The notes: generated by a model from the sequence alone, not told the origin. A stretch of 64,000 nt of DNA from Chthoniobacteraceae bacterium (GCA_031409335.1 JANNWY010000095.1:1-64000); one strand, 5' to 3'. Shown: positions 41,079-51,903, counted from the first letter of the stretch. Made by a program: numbers and translations.

Positions 41079-41380
41079 TTCCGGTTTAACCACGCGGGCT
41101 CAGGATGCACGTTCCGCCCGTTCACCCATCGTCGGGAAATGAACTCGACTTCGACCGGCCCCATTGCTTCGTGAATGAGGTCGTTCGTTACCGTCGAGTC
41201 CTTTGAAAACAAACGCGCAAGTCGCTTGTCGCGGGCGTTCAAGTGCCCGCCATAATGCGCCTTCAACCAGATGCGTGCAGCCACACGGGCCTTATGCCGG
41301 CTTGGATCAAGTTTCTCGCACTTCGCCATGGTGGTTTCAATAGCAACACCTTCACCGTTCGCGAGCGCGGAGTGTGTCAT
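41075..41380 (-). CDS. Small hypothetical protein inserted in the MoxR operon
   Basis: 101-aa ORF filling the gap, with a 4-nt stop/start overlap with DUF58 and atypical codon usage. Confidence 0.5.
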   Translation of the reverse strand: MTHSALANGEGVAIETTMAKCEKLDPSRHKARVAARIWLKAHYGGHLNARDKRLARLFSKDSTVTNDLIHEAMGPVEVEFISRRWVNGRNVHPEPAWLNRK

Positions 41381-41390
41381 GCGATTGAGC

Positions 41391-42395
41391 TTACTTCACA
41401 GTCTCCAGCACCCGCTCGATCACCTTCCCCACATTCACCCCCTCCGCCTCCGCGCGGTAATTCACCAGCACGCGATGGCGCAGCACCGGTGCGGCCAGCG
41501 CGACGATGTCCTCCTTCGTCACATGCGCCCGGCCTTGCAAAAGCGCGCGCGCCTTTGCCCCGAGCACGAGGAATTGCGCCGCGCGCGTCCCCGCTCCCCA
41601 GCTTACCCAGCCGTTCACAAATTCCGGCGTCCCGGTTTGCCGCGGGCGCGTGCTCGCGGCGATGCGGACGGCGAAGCGCACGAGGTCTTCTGCTACGGGC
41701 ACTTTCTTGACGAGTTCGTGGAAACGCAGCACGTCTTCGCCGGTAAAAAGCGCCTCGATCTTCTCGCCGCCGACGGTGGTGGTGCGCTGCACGACGGCGA
41801 CCTCGTCGGCCTCCGGCAGATAGTCGATCACCACATTGAACATAAACCGGTCGAGCTGCGCCTCCGGCAGCGGATACGTCCCTTCCATCTCGATCGGATT
41901 CTGCGTCGCCAGCACGAAGAACGGCTCCGGCAGCGCATACCGCCGCCCGCTCGCCGTTACCTGATGTTCCTGCATCGCTTCCAGCAGCGCGGCCTGCGTC
42001 TTCGGCGGCGTGCGATTGATTTCATCGGCGAGCAGCATGTTTCCAAAAACCGGCCCCGGCACAAAAACCAGCGCGCGACCCTCTGCGCCTTTGTCCTGCA
42101 AGATCTCGACGCCGGTGATGTCCGTCGGCATGAGGTCCGGCGTGAATTGAATGCGGCGGAATTCCAGATGGAAAATTTGCGCGATTGATTTCACGAGCAG
42201 CGTCTTCGCCAGACCCGGCGCGCCGGTGATGAGGCAATGCCCGCCCGCAAACAGCGCGATGAGGATTTGCTCGATCACATCGTGCTGGCCGACGATGACC
42301 TTGCCGAGTTCACGCGCGATGCGCGGCTTGACGAGATGGAGTTCGGCGAAGGTCTTTGCGTCGGCGTCGGGAAGGGCGGGTGGCTGTGGAGTCAT
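41391..42395 (-). CDS. MoxR family AAA+ ATPase
   Basis: GAPGLAKT, RIQFTPDLMP, LADEINR, ATQNPIE, PEAQLDRF motifs. Confidence 0.95.
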   Translation of the reverse strand: MTPQPPALPDADAKTFAELHLVKPRIARELGKVIVGQHDVIEQILIALFAGGHCLITGAPGLAKTLLVKSIAQIFHLEFRRIQFTPDLMPTDITGVEILQDKGAEGRALVFVPGPVFGNMLLADEINRTPPKTQAALLEAMQEHQVTASGRRYALPEPFFVLATQNPIEMEGTYPLPEAQLDRFMFNVVIDYLPEADEVAVVQRTTTVGGEKIEALFTGEDVLRFHELVKKVPVAEDLVRFAVRIAASTRPRQTGTPEFVNGWVSWGAGTRAAQFLVLGAKARALLQGRAHVTKEDIVALAAPVLRHRVLVNYRAEAEGVNVGKVIERVLETVK

Positions 42396-42485
42396 GTGCG
42401 AAGTGGGCAGAAGGAATGCGAAATCCCGCGGGAAAGCGAGCACGACTGCAATCCGGCGAATGTCGAGGCCCCGCGTTTTTTCCCC

Positions 42486-43151
42486 TTACGCGCAGGCATT
42501 CCGGCAGCAGCCATCCTCCCGCACGCCGATGCAGGCTGGGATGGCGAGCAATGCTCCGACCAGCGGGGCGACGAGATAGAGCCAGAGGGTGTGGATGTTT
42601 CCGCTGACGACCGCGGGGGCGAGGGAGCGGGCGGGATTCATGGAGGCGCCGCAGATGGGTCCGGCGAACATGGCTTCGATGGCGATGACGGCGCCGATGG
42701 CGATGCCGGCGGTGATGCCTTTTTCCTTTGCGCCGGTGGAGACGCTGAGGACGACGAGCATGAGGAGGAAGGTGAGGACTATTTCCAGGATGAATGACTG
42801 GTGCCATGCGCCGGCGGGGAGTGTGGCGCCGAGGGTGGCATGGGTGGGGAATAGGAAACGGAGCAGACCGCTGGCGGCGAAGGCACCGGCGATTTGCGCG
42901 GCGATGTAGGGAAGGACGCGGCTGGCATCGAAGCGACCGGCGGCGCAGAAGGCGATGGTGACGGCGGGATTTAAGTGCGCGCCGGAGACGTCGCCGAGGG
43001 TATAGATCATGGCGAGGACGATGAGCCCGAAGGTGATGGCGATGCCTGCATGGCCGATGGCGCCGCCGCTGATGTCGTTGACGACGATGGCTCCAGTGCC
43101 GGCAAAGACGAGGGCGGCGGTGCCGAGGAATTCCGCGAAGAGGGGTTTCAT
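42486..43151 (-). CDS. MIP/aquaporin family channel (arsenite-efflux context)
   Basis: SGAHLNPAVT and SMNPARS motifs; adjacent to arsC. Confidence 0.92.
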   Translation of the reverse strand: MKPLFAEFLGTAALVFAGTGAIVVNDISGGAIGHAGIAITFGLIVLAMIYTLGDVSGAHLNPAVTIAFCAAGRFDASRVLPYIAAQIAGAFAASGLLRFLFPTHATLGATLPAGAWHQSFILEIVLTFLLMLVVLSVSTGAKEKGITAGIAIGAVIAIEAMFAGPICGASMNPARSLAPAVVSGNIHTLWLYLVAPLVGALLAIPACIGVREDGCCRNACA

Positions 43152-43157
43152 CGGGAT

Positions 43158-43604
43158 TTAATGGCTGGGCTGGCAGGCACCGATTTTTTCGATGCACCAA
43201 GTGGAGATGGTGGCGGCGATGGCCTCGCGGACGGTGCGGGTGGCGGCGAGCTTTTCCGTGTGGGTACCGGGGAAGGCGGATGGGTCAGGGAAGCCCCAGT
43301 GGAGACGCTGGGTGCCGCCGGGGAAGATCGGGCAGCGTTCGGCGCTGGTTTCGTCGCAGACGGTGATGACGTAGTCGAAGTGCTGTCCGCTTGCGATCAT
43401 TTGGGCGACGGATTTGGTCGCGTTGCCGGAGATGTCGATGCCTTCCTCGGCCATGGCTTCGATGACGATGGGATTGAGCTTGCCGGGCTCGATGCCTGCG
43501 CTCTGGGCGTGGAATTCGGAGCCGCAGAGGCGGTTGAGGAATGCTTCGGCCATTTGGGAGCGGGCGCTGTTGTGGATGCAGACGAAGAGGACTTCGGTTT
43601 TCAT
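43158..43604 (-). CDS. arsC: Arsenate reductase, LMW-PTP/thioredoxin type
   Basis: [19 protein letters not shown]...CP, HWGFPDP motifs. Confidence 0.9.
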   Translation of the reverse strand: MKTEVLFVCIHNSARSQMAEAFLNRLCGSEFHAQSAGIEPGKLNPIVIEAMAEEGIDISGNATKSVAQMIASGQHFDYVITVCDETSAERCPIFPGGTQRLHWGFPDPSAFPGTHTEKLAATRTVREAIAATISTWCIEKIGACQPSH

Positions 43605-43747
43605 GGATGGGCGAGAGGGTGCGCTTTGGCGCGGGCGCGGGCAAGTGCGGGGCGGGAGTGTTGCGCAATCTTTACAGACGTGCCGTGAGAAAATCCGGCG
43701 CGCGGATTCACAGTGGCGCGAAGATGTGATTCATTGGCGGCTCTTTT

Positions 43748-45217
43748 ATGAAAATCCATCAGCGCAATCTTCCACGGGTCGTCATCATCGGTGGAGGTTT
43801 CGGGGGGCTGGAGGCGGCGAAGGCGATGCGCAAGATGCCGGTGCGGGTGACGCTGCTCGACCGGCAGAATCATCACCTTTTCCAGCCGCTGCTTTACCAG
43901 GTGGCGACGGCGGCGCTGTCGCCGGCGGATATCGCGGAGCCGCTGCGGCACATTGTGCGGAAGCAGGAAAATTGCGAAGTGATCCTCGCGGATGTGGCGC
44001 GGATCGATGTGGCGGGGCAGGCGGTGGTGACGAATGATGGGCCGGTCGCTTTTGACTATCTGGTGATCGCGGCGGGGGCGCGGCATTCGTATTTCGGGCG
44101 GGCGGAATGGGAAAAATTCGCGCCGGGTTTGAAGAGTCTGGACGATGCGCTTGAGATTCGGCGGCGGATGCTACTGGCTTTCGAGATCGCGGAGAAGACG
44201 ACGGATGACGCGGAGCGGGAGGCGGCGATGACATTCGTGGTGATCGGGGCGGGGCCGACGGGAGTGGAAATGGCGGGGGCGATTTCGGAGATTGCGCGGG
44301 TGACGCTGGTGCGGGATTTTCGCCACATCGACTCGAAGCAGGCAAAGGTGATCCTGCTCGACGGGGCGGCGCGGGTGCTGCAGGCGTACGTGGCGGAGCT
44401 GTCGGAGAGTGCGCAGCGGCAGTTGTGCGATCTCGGGGTGAATGTGCGACTGAATGCGCAGGTGGAGGATTTAACCGGCGCGGGAGTGACGCTGAAGGAC
44501 GGGACCGTGATCGCGACGAAGACGGTGATCTGGGCAGCGGGCAATGCGGCGTCGCCACTCGGCGCGAGTCTCGGTGTGCCGCTGGACAAGCAGGGGCGCG
44601 TGATCGTGAACGCGGATCTGACGATCCCGGGACACGCGAATATTTTTGTGATCGGAGATATGGCGCACTTCGCGCCGGGCGGGGGCGCGCCGCTGCCGGG
44701 GCTGTCGCCGGTGGCGATGCAGCAGGGGAGGCATGTGGCGAAAAATATCCGCACGCATCTGGCGGGTGGCTGGCTGGCGGCGTTCGACTATTGGGACAAG
44801 GGGACGATGGCGACGATCGGGCGGCATCGGGCGGTGTGCGATGCGGGGTTTATGCGGTTCGGGGGATTTTTGGCGTGGTGCGCCTGGCTTTTCATCCACC
44901 TGATTTTCCTGGTGAGTTTCCGCAACAAGGTGACGGTCCTGATGAGCTGGGCTTACGCGTATCTTACGTACGGTCGCGGGGCGCGGCTGATCACGGGCCG
45001 CGAATCGGAGGAGCCGCCAGCGATTGTTCCCGTCCAGATGTCGGTGGTTGAAACGCCGGTGATCGCGGCACCGATCGAGGTGCCCGTGATCAAGGCTACC
45101 GTCAAACAACGTGCGGCATCACCACCCGCGATGAAGCAACCTGCGAAGAAGTCGATCGCGCCGAAAAAGCCCGCTGCGAAGAAATTGACTCCGAAGAAGA
45201 TTGCCCGGAGGAAATAG
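43748..45217 (+). CDS. ndh: Type II NADH dehydrogenase with Lys/Pro/Ala-rich tail
   Basis: [36 protein letters not shown] motifs. Confidence 0.9.
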   Translation: MKIHQRNLPRVVIIGGGFGGLEAAKAMRKMPVRVTLLDRQNHHLFQPLLYQVATAALSPADIAEPLRHIVRKQENCEVILADVARIDVAGQAVVTNDGPVAFDYLVIAAGARHSYFGRAEWEKFAPGLKSLDDALEIRRRMLLAFEIAEKTTDDAEREAAMTFVVIGAGPTGVEMAGAISEIARVTLVRDFRHIDSKQAKVILLDGAARVLQAYVAELSESAQRQLCDLGVNVRLNAQVEDLTGAGVTLKDGTVIATKTVIWAAGNAASPLGASLGVPLDKQGRVIVNADLTIPGHANIFVIGDMAHFAPGGGAPLPGLSPVAMQQGRHVAKNIRTHLAGGWLAAFDYWDKGTMATIGRHRAVCDAGFMRFGGFLAWCAWLFIHLIFLVSFRNKVTVLMSWAYAYLTYGRGARLITGRESEEPPAIVPVQMSVVETPVIAAPIEVPVIKATVKQRAASPPAMKQPAKKSIAPKKPAAKKLTPKKIARRK

Positions 45218-45228
45218 CCAGGCGGCGT

Positions 45229-46740
45229 TCAGCGGCGTCCGCCGAAGAGTGAGCCGAGGACGCCGCGGATGATTTGCCGCCCGAGTCCGCTGCCGATGGA
45301 ACGGACGGCGCTCCCGGCCATTTTTTCGACGAGGCCGGGGTGTTTCCCACCGCGGGGACCGGTCGAGCCGAGCACCATTTCGGAGATCATGCCAGCGACG
45401 CCGGAGGAGGATTTTCCGCCGGCTGGGGAATTCGGTGCGGCGACGCCGCCGGTGGGCACCCCTTGCTGCGCGCGGGCGGCGAGGATTTCGGACGCGCTTT
45501 CGCGATCAATCATCTTTTCGTACGTGCCGTAAATTAGCGAGGTCTGGATGGTCTGCTGGCGCTCGGCGGGAGTGATGGGCGCGAGCTGGCTGTGCGGCGG
45601 GAGGATGAAGGCGCGCTCGACGATGTTGGGCGTGCCATTTTCATCGAGCAGGGAGACGAGGGCCTCGCCGACGGCGAGCTGGGTGATGACTGCGGAGACG
45701 TCGAGCTTGGGATTTTGGCGGAATGTTTCGGCGGCCGATTTGACGGCTTTTTGATCGCGCGGGGTGAAGGCGCGGAGGGCGTGCTGCACGCGGTTGCCGA
45801 GCTGGCCGAGGATTTTGTCGGGGATGTCGAGCGGGTTTTGGCTGATGAAATAAATGCCGACGCCTTTGCTGCGGATGAGGCGGACGACTTGTTCGACTTT
45901 CTCCTGCAAGGCTTGCGGGATGTCGTCGAAGAGGAGGTGCGCTTCGTCGAAGAAGAAAACGAGTTTGGGTTTCTCGACATCGCCGACTTCGGGGAGGCGC
46001 TCGAAGAGTTCGCTGAGTAGCCAGAGGAGCAGCGCGGCGTAGGCGCGGGGATTCGCCATGAGCTGGTCGGCGGCGAGGATATTGATCATGCCGCGCCCGG
46101 CAGCGTCGGTCTGGATGAAGTCGTCGAGATTCATCGCCGGCTCGCCGAAGAACTTGTCGCCGCCTTGCTGTTCGAGAGTGAGGAGATTGCGCTGGATGGC
46201 GCCGACGCTGGCGGAGGAGACGTTGCCGTACTGGGTGGTGAATTGCGCGGAGTTGTCGCCGACGAACTGCAAGATCGCGCGCAGATCTTTGAGATCGAGG
46301 AGGAGGAGACCGTTGTCGTCGGCGATTTTGAAGACGAGGTGCAGCACGCCTTCCTGAGTGTCGTTGAGATTCAACAAACGAGCGAGCAGCAGCGGGCCCA
46401 TTTCGCTGATGGTGGCGCGAACGGGATGTCCGGTTGCGCCAAAGACATCCCAGAATGTGACCGGGAAACCTTCATATTTGAAATCAGAGATTCCCAAAGC
46501 CTTCACCCGTTCCTCCACTTTCGGATGCCCTCCGCCCGGTTTGCCGATGCCGCTGAGGTCGCCCTTTACATCCGACATGAAAACGGGAACGCCGAGCGCG
46601 CTAAACCGCTCCGCGAGCACGCGCAAAGTGATGGTTTTCCCGGTGCCTGTCGCACCCGCGATGAGGCCGTGGCGGTTGGCCATTTTGGGGATGAATGAAA
46701 CGATGTCGGTAGCTTGGGCGAGTGAAAATGGGGCAGCCAT
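45229..46740 (-). CDS. DUF853 / HerA-like ATPase (YjgR-like)
   Basis: [42 protein letters not shown] motifs. Confidence 0.92.
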   Translation of the reverse strand: MAAPFSLAQATDIVSFIPKMANRHGLIAGATGTGKTITLRVLAERFSALGVPVFMSDVKGDLSGIGKPGGGHPKVEERVKALGISDFKYEGFPVTFWDVFGATGHPVRATISEMGPLLLARLLNLNDTQEGVLHLVFKIADDNGLLLLDLKDLRAILQFVGDNSAQFTTQYGNVSSASVGAIQRNLLTLEQQGGDKFFGEPAMNLDDFIQTDAAGRGMINILAADQLMANPRAYAALLLWLLSELFERLPEVGDVEKPKLVFFFDEAHLLFDDIPQALQEKVEQVVRLIRSKGVGIYFISQNPLDIPDKILGQLGNRVQHALRAFTPRDQKAVKSAAETFRQNPKLDVSAVITQLAVGEALVSLLDENGTPNIVERAFILPPHSQLAPITPAERQQTIQTSLIYGTYEKMIDRESASEILAARAQQGVPTGGVAAPNSPAGGKSSSGVAGMISEMVLGSTGPRGGKHPGLVEKMAGSAVRSIGSGLGRQIIRGVLGSLFGGRR

Positions 46741-46889
46741 ATTTACTGCTAGAATGACGGGAAGCGTGAAAACGCGCCAGCAGTTTATGCCAATTTCAGC
46801 GGATGCCGAATCCGAAGCGATGTCGCGCAAAAGCAAACAAGCGCGGGATCGAAACCCCGCGCTTGTTTGAACCAACCATGAAAGAGGAT

Positions 46890-48245
46890 TTACGGGCTGA
46901 CCGGAGCCGGAGCCAGCTTGCGGCGGGTGAGGTTTGGCGGGAAGCCAAGGCCACCGGGAAGGTAAGGCGAGCGCTGGCTCAGGAATTCCCCGACGGGCGG
47001 GATGCTCTTGCCATCTTTGTAGTCTTTGAAGTCACCCGAGCCTTTGCTCGAATCGGCGGTATCGCGGCTGCCGCCATTGTCCGAGTTTTGCAGTTCCGCG
47101 ACCGCTTCGGGTGTGAGCGAAAGTTCGTAGTCGTTCAGGGAGACTTCGTTGAAAGCGTTGACTTCGCGCAAGTCGAGATTTTGTCCCGCGGAGTCCGGCG
47201 TCCAGCGCACGAGCACTGCGCTGCCAGCGACGCTGGCGAAGGCGACCGCGTCGCGCGATTTGCTGCCATCGAGGACCAGCGTGGCCGTCGGCGCGAGGCC
47301 AGTGAGCGAAGCGGATGTCGTAGCCAGTGAGCCAACGGCGTTGGCAACTTTCGCGATGTCAGAATCGGTGGTCGTGCCCGTGCTGGTCGTTTGCACGGGT
47401 GCGGACGGGACGACGAAGAATTCGATTTTACCCTTTGCTGGAGCACCACCCGTCTGGACGGCAAATCGTGACACTTGATGGCCAGTTGCCAGTTTAAGCA
47501 CCATCCCCGCAGTATCGGTCGTTGGCGCGAGGGTTACGCCGCTCTCGGGATTCTCGTCGATGGCGCGCTGCCACGAGAGGTAGCTGCCCTGCGAAGCCGC
47601 GTAGGAAACCGTGCTGTGCGCATACAAGGAGGTGATGTTGAACGTCGTTGCGTTGTTCACATAGGGGCCAAAGATGGCGCGCGGATCGATCGTCGTCTCG
47701 CGCTTGCGCAATTGATAATTCACCGACGGGCGATCCCCGTAAACATACAGGCTGAAAAGCGGTCCTGGATCGGCGATGTCGGTTTCAATCAGCAGGTATT
47801 TTGCGAACCGGCTAAAGGGTTGCCCCATTTTCTTTTCGTTGATCGCTTCCACGGGGATTCCCTTGGCGACGGCGGTCCATGATTTGGCACCCGGCGCGGC
47901 AGGTTCATCGCCCACATAAACGGTCACCGTCCCGGCGGCAGGCCGGGTGGAAAGGGCGATGTTCGTGACGAGGCTCGGTTCCGACAGAGTGAGGAGATAG
48001 TGCTGCTGTCCGGCCATCACCGGCCAGCCGGTCGTGACGTCATCGTCCAGCCATGCCGCCGCAGCCTCGGTCGGTTGGAATTTCTGCCTGGCGGGGTTGA
48101 AAAGGAACAAGTTCGATCCGACGTGCTGCCGTGCGAGATTTTTCGGGAACACTTGCAGTTGCTTGTTCGATGAATCCGCTTCTCCAATGGCGAAGGCTGT
48201 GGCTGAAGAGAGCAGGATGATCGACGTGAGAGGCTTGATGTTCAT
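46890..48245 (-). CDS. Secreted hypothetical protein, possibly two discoidin/carbohydrate-binding-like domains
   Basis: Signal peptide; two similar beta-rich halves ([13 protein letters not shown] / [11 protein letters not shown]). Confidence 0.65.
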   Translation of the reverse strand: MNIKPLTSIILLSSATAFAIGEADSSNKQLQVFPKNLARQHVGSNLFLFNPARQKFQPTEAAAAWLDDDVTTGWPVMAGQQHYLLTLSEPSLVTNIALSTRPAAGTVTVYVGDEPAAPGAKSWTAVAKGIPVEAINEKKMGQPFSRFAKYLLIETDIADPGPLFSLYVYGDRPSVNYQLRKRETTIDPRAIFGPYVNNATTFNITSLYAHSTVSYAASQGSYLSWQRAIDENPESGVTLAPTTDTAGMVLKLATGHQVSRFAVQTGGAPAKGKIEFFVVPSAPVQTTSTGTTTDSDIAKVANAVGSLATTSASLTGLAPTATLVLDGSKSRDAVAFASVAGSAVLVRWTPDSAGQNLDLREVNAFNEVSLNDYELSLTPEAVAELQNSDNGGSRDTADSSKGSGDFKDYKDGKSIPPVGEFLSQRSPYLPGGLGFPPNLTRRKLAPAPVSP

Positions 48246-48470
48246 ACTTGAGATATGTCTTATATCGAATTCTTTGGTTTAACGGAATAGAAATCTTGCG
48301 TGGTCCAGCGTTATTATGGAAATTGCGAATAATGTAGATTGTTCGGTTTATTGCGCAACAATTATTTTCATCCTTTTTCACTCACCCCAATCCCTGTCCT
48401 GATTGTTGTTTCCCCAATGCACTATTTTGAGTTGGCATTGTCCCTGTAACTTGAATATGTCTCTACGGAG

Positions 48471-48486
48471 TGGCGCATCCTTTGCT
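48471..48486 (+). promoter_or_regulatory. Candidate sigma54 (-24/-12) promoter
   Basis: TGGCGCATCCTTTGCT has the exact GG-N10-GC spacing, lies about 75 bp upstream of the kinase ATG, and follows an AT-rich stretch. Confidence 0.65.
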
Positions 48487-48559
48487 ATCGCATTCATGTT
48501 GTAGTCCAGCGATGCCCTTCTGAAAACAACCATTCGCATCGAAGAGACCAAGAAAGCTC

Positions 48560-51500
48560 ATGCAAACCGCCCAAAATCCCACTGATCTGCCACGAAGCGT
48601 CGCTTCCACTGTTTTTCCGCTATTGAAGTCCGGTGACAAGCTGGCGGGGTGCTATGTCCTCAAAAGCGAGAAATATTCGAGCGAGACGACCTCGATTTGG
48701 CACGCGCACGACGAAGTCCTCGACAAGGATGTCGCTTTGCATTTCGTCCCGCAGTCGATTCGCCGCGATGACAAAGCCATGGATGCGATGCGCCAACTCA
48801 CCAAGCGCAACCGGCAATTGATCCACCCGAACATTTTGCGCATCTACGATTTCATCGAGGACGACGGCTGGGCGGCGATTTCCACGGACCCTGTGGAGGG
48901 CGATTGCGTGGCGGATTTGCGGCGCGCACGGGCAGGCGGCCATTTCGAGGTGGCTGAGATCAAGCCCTGGCTCGCGCAGGTTTGCCAGACGCTGGATGAC
49001 GCGCACAAGATTCAGCTCGTTCACGGCGATCTCTCGCCGGAGCATTTGTTCGTGGACAAGCGCGGACGTGTGACCGTGTCCGATTTTGGGATTGGACGAT
49101 GCGTCCGCGATGCTGCGTGGCGTGCGAAAGGCGCGGACGGAGGGGTGCCGCCCGTCGAGAATCTCAGTCCGCAAATGCTGGACGGCCAGGCGCCGACGGC
49201 GGCGGATGATTTGTATTCGACAGGCGTGCTGTTGCACGAATTGCTCGTCGGTCAGCCGCCCTTCACGGACCCGGACGTACCATCCAAGATTCGCGGTGCT
49301 GCCGCGCCCAAGGTGCTTCAACGCCGCGCGGAACTTCAAAAAGCGGGTGGTCCAGTGCCGCCAGTTTGGGAAAAAGCGATCGCTGCCTGTCTGGAGAAGG
49401 TTGCCGAGCAGCGCCCGAAGAATTTGGCGGATTTGAGCGTCCGCCTGACACTTCCGAAATCGAATTCAAAAGCCGAGGAATCGGAGCCGTCCGACAAGGT
49501 GATCGAGGCAGTGGCTGAGACGCCGAAAGCTGGCGATGAGCCAGTGATCCCAGTCGTGAAGAAAGCGTGGGTCGGCTCAACGACTTCCGCCCCGGTTTTC
49601 GGCGGAGCCGTGGTCGCAAAAGGGCGGCGCGCGGATGCCAAAATCGCTGACAAGGAAGTGGATATGAGCGACTCCGTGGAATCGCTCGATGATCGATTGA
49701 GCGTGAGAAACTCGCTGGCGGAAGCCTCGCGAAGCGGCCAAAGTCGCAGATCTGGATTCCCGGTCACAGGGGTCGCGGCCGCCGCTCTTTTGGGAGGACT
49801 TTGTGTTTATGCTGCAGTCTCCGGTGTTTTTCAGAAGGACGCGCAGGCTGATCCCGATCCATTGATACACGCGGTCGCAGCCAGCGAACCAGAATATGCG
49901 TCGGTGGCTAATTCTACCGTGGAATCGACCGGCGAGACGAAATCAAGCGCAGAAGCGCTGCCCGAGACAAAACCGGCAGTCGAGCCCGTTCCGGTGCCGG
50001 TGCAGGCCGAACCCATCGCCGCGACCGTTGTCAGCGCGCCACCCGCCCTCGCTACCCCGGATCCGATTCCCGCGGTGACGCCAACGATTCCGCCGAAGCC
50101 TGAGAGCCAAACCGCGCTGACGCTGGTAGCGAATACCAAGCCGCCAAAGAAGCCGGCACCCGCTGTCGCGACTCCGATTCCCGCCACCGCCGGTTCATCC
50201 GTTGCCGCAAAAGCCGCTGCGCTGGAAGAAACGCGAAGGTCCGTCGATGAGTGGGAAAAGGCCCATTCAACAATGTTGAAAAAGAAGGAGCAGGCAGAAG
50301 CCGCCATCGCCGCGGCGAAAAGTGCATTGAATGAAAAGATCAAGGTCGTCGGCCCGATGCTGAAAGCCTCCGAGGAAGTCGCGGCTATCAAGCAGCAGCG
50401 CGAAGAGGCAATGCGGGCAGCGGACCTCGCTGCGGTGGAAGCGAAAAAAGCTGCCGACGAAAAAGCGCGGCTGGCGGAGGAAGCGAGGAAAGCGGTGATC
50501 AACGTCGAGAAGGACAATCGGGATAAGCTCGTCGGGCAGAAACAGGCTGAGGCGGAACTCGATGAGATCAAAAAAGTGATCGCCGACAATGAGCGGCTCG
50601 CAGCGGAGAGTGTGAAGCTCGCCGAAGGTGCGATGGCCAAGAAAACCGAGCAAGCCGCGCTCGTGAAACAGAAGGAACAGGAAGTGGCCATGGCAATGGC
50701 CGCAGCCGAAATCGAGATTCAAAAGAAGCGCGAACTGGAGGAAAAAAGAGGCCGGATCATGAAGGAAATGGATGAGGCCAAGCGCCTCTTTGAAGATCGG
50801 ATGAAAGCGCTCGAATCTTCCCTGAAAGAGCCCGATGCCGGGACCATCCCGCCCAAGCCTGCGATCGAGAAGGCACCCGCAGCCCCTACGACGCTCCCAC
50901 CTGCGGCTGTGAATCCGCCCGCACCAGCCCCGACAGTCGAAGTTGCCAAACCTGTGACAGCTTCCGCCGGGCCGACACTGCTCGCTGCCGATTCCACTTT
51001 GCTGGCGAAGATGGAGAAGCCGCCAGTAGTCCCCGCCGTGGAGCCGAAAGAGCCCGCGGCTTCCGTTGGGAATACTTCCGTTAACAGCCTTGGCATTCGT
51101 TTTGTTCCAGTGGGTGACGTGCAATTCGCGGTCTGGCCTACCCGGTTGAAAGACTTTGAAGCGTTTGCCACGGCAACGGGCTTGAAATCCAGTCTCTGGC
51201 GCGACCCCGGTTTCAAGCAAGGGCCCGATCATCCCGTGGTGAACGTAACTTGGATGGAGGCGATGGCGTTCTGCAAATGGCTGACTTTCAAGGAACAGCG
51301 GGAAGGCACTCTGCCCGCGGGAAAAGCATACCGTCTTCCGACCGATCTCGAATGGAGCCGGGCGGTGGGTTTGCCGGATGAAACCGGAAAGACCGCAGAA
51401 GCTCGCGACATGGGTATTCCGGACGTGTATCCGTGGGGAACCACATGGCCACCGCCGCAGGGCGCGGGCAACTACACGGGCGAAGAAACTGGCTCGGATG

Positions 51501-51793
51501 TCGCAATCAAGAACTACTCGGATGGGTTTCCGTGGACTTCTCCAGTCGGCAGCTTTCCTCCGAACAAGTCCGGGATCGCCGACATGGGCGGCAATGTCTG
51601 GCAATGGGTGATGGATCCTTGGAACACGGATTCCAATTCGAAAGTGCTCCGCGGAGCTTCTTGGTACAATGGCGCGCTCAAGCTCAGCTTGCTGTCTTCG
51701 TGCAGGGTTCACGCTGCGCAGGATAGCAGCACCGACAACTACGGTTTTCGTTGCGTAATCGCCGTGGATTCCTCAAAAGCCGCGAAGCGCTAA
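48560..51793 (+). CDS. Ser/Thr protein kinase-like domain + TM + coiled coil + FGE/SUMF1-like domain
   Basis: HPNILRIYD, HGDLSP, DFG; C-terminal HPVVNV.W, RLPT..EW, YPWG, DMGGNVWQW, LRGASW, GFRCV. Confidence 0.88.
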   Translation: MQTAQNPTDLPRSVASTVFPLLKSGDKLAGCYVLKSEKYSSETTSIWHAHDEVLDKDVALHFVPQSIRRDDKAMDAMRQLTKRNRQLIHPNILRIYDFIEDDGWAAISTDPVEGDCVADLRRARAGGHFEVAEIKPWLAQVCQTLDDAHKIQLVHGDLSPEHLFVDKRGRVTVSDFGIGRCVRDAAWRAKGADGGVPPVENLSPQMLDGQAPTAADDLYSTGVLLHELLVGQPPFTDPDVPSKIRGAAAPKVLQRRAELQKAGGPVPPVWEKAIAACLEKVAEQRPKNLADLSVRLTLPKSNSKAEESEPSDKVIEAVAETPKAGDEPVIPVVKKAWVGSTTSAPVFGGAVVAKGRRADAKIADKEVDMSDSVESLDDRLSVRNSLAEASRSGQSRRSGFPVTGVAAAALLGGLCVYAAVSGVFQKDAQADPDPLIHAVAASEPEYASVANSTVESTGETKSSAEALPETKPAVEPVPVPVQAEPIAATVVSAPPALATPDPIPAVTPTIPPKPESQTALTLVANTKPPKKPAPAVATPIPATAGSSVAAKAAALEETRRSVDEWEKAHSTMLKKKEQAEAAIAAAKSALNEKIKVVGPMLKASEEVAAIKQQREEAMRAADLAAVEAKKAADEKARLAEEARKAVINVEKDNRDKLVGQKQAEAELDEIKKVIADNERLAAESVKLAEGAMAKKTEQAALVKQKEQEVAMAMAAAEIEIQKKRELEEKRGRIMKEMDEAKRLFEDRMKALESSLKEPDAGTIPPKPAIEKAPAAPTTLPPAAVNPPAPAPTVEVAKPVTASAGPTLLAADSTLLAKMEKPPVVPAVEPKEPAASVGNTSVNSLGIRFVPVGDVQFAVWPTRLKDFEAFATATGLKSSLWRDPGFKQGPDHPVVNVTWMEAMAFCKWLTFKEQREGTLPAGKAYRLPTDLEWSRAVGLPDETGKTAEARDMGIPDVYPWGTTWPPPQGAGNYTGEETGSDVAIKNYSDGFPWTSPVGSFPPNKSGIADMGGNVWQWVMDPWNTDSNSKVLRGASWYNGALKLSLLSSCRVHAAQDSSTDNYGFRCVIAVDSSKAAKR

Positions 51794-51903
51794 CGATTCG
51801 CGTTCCTGACCGCTTCTCGGATATTCTGCCGACGCAAAATAACATTGCATCTTTCGCCAAATCGCCCGCAAATACGCGAGCCAATTATCTTCTTTCGTAA
51901 TCT

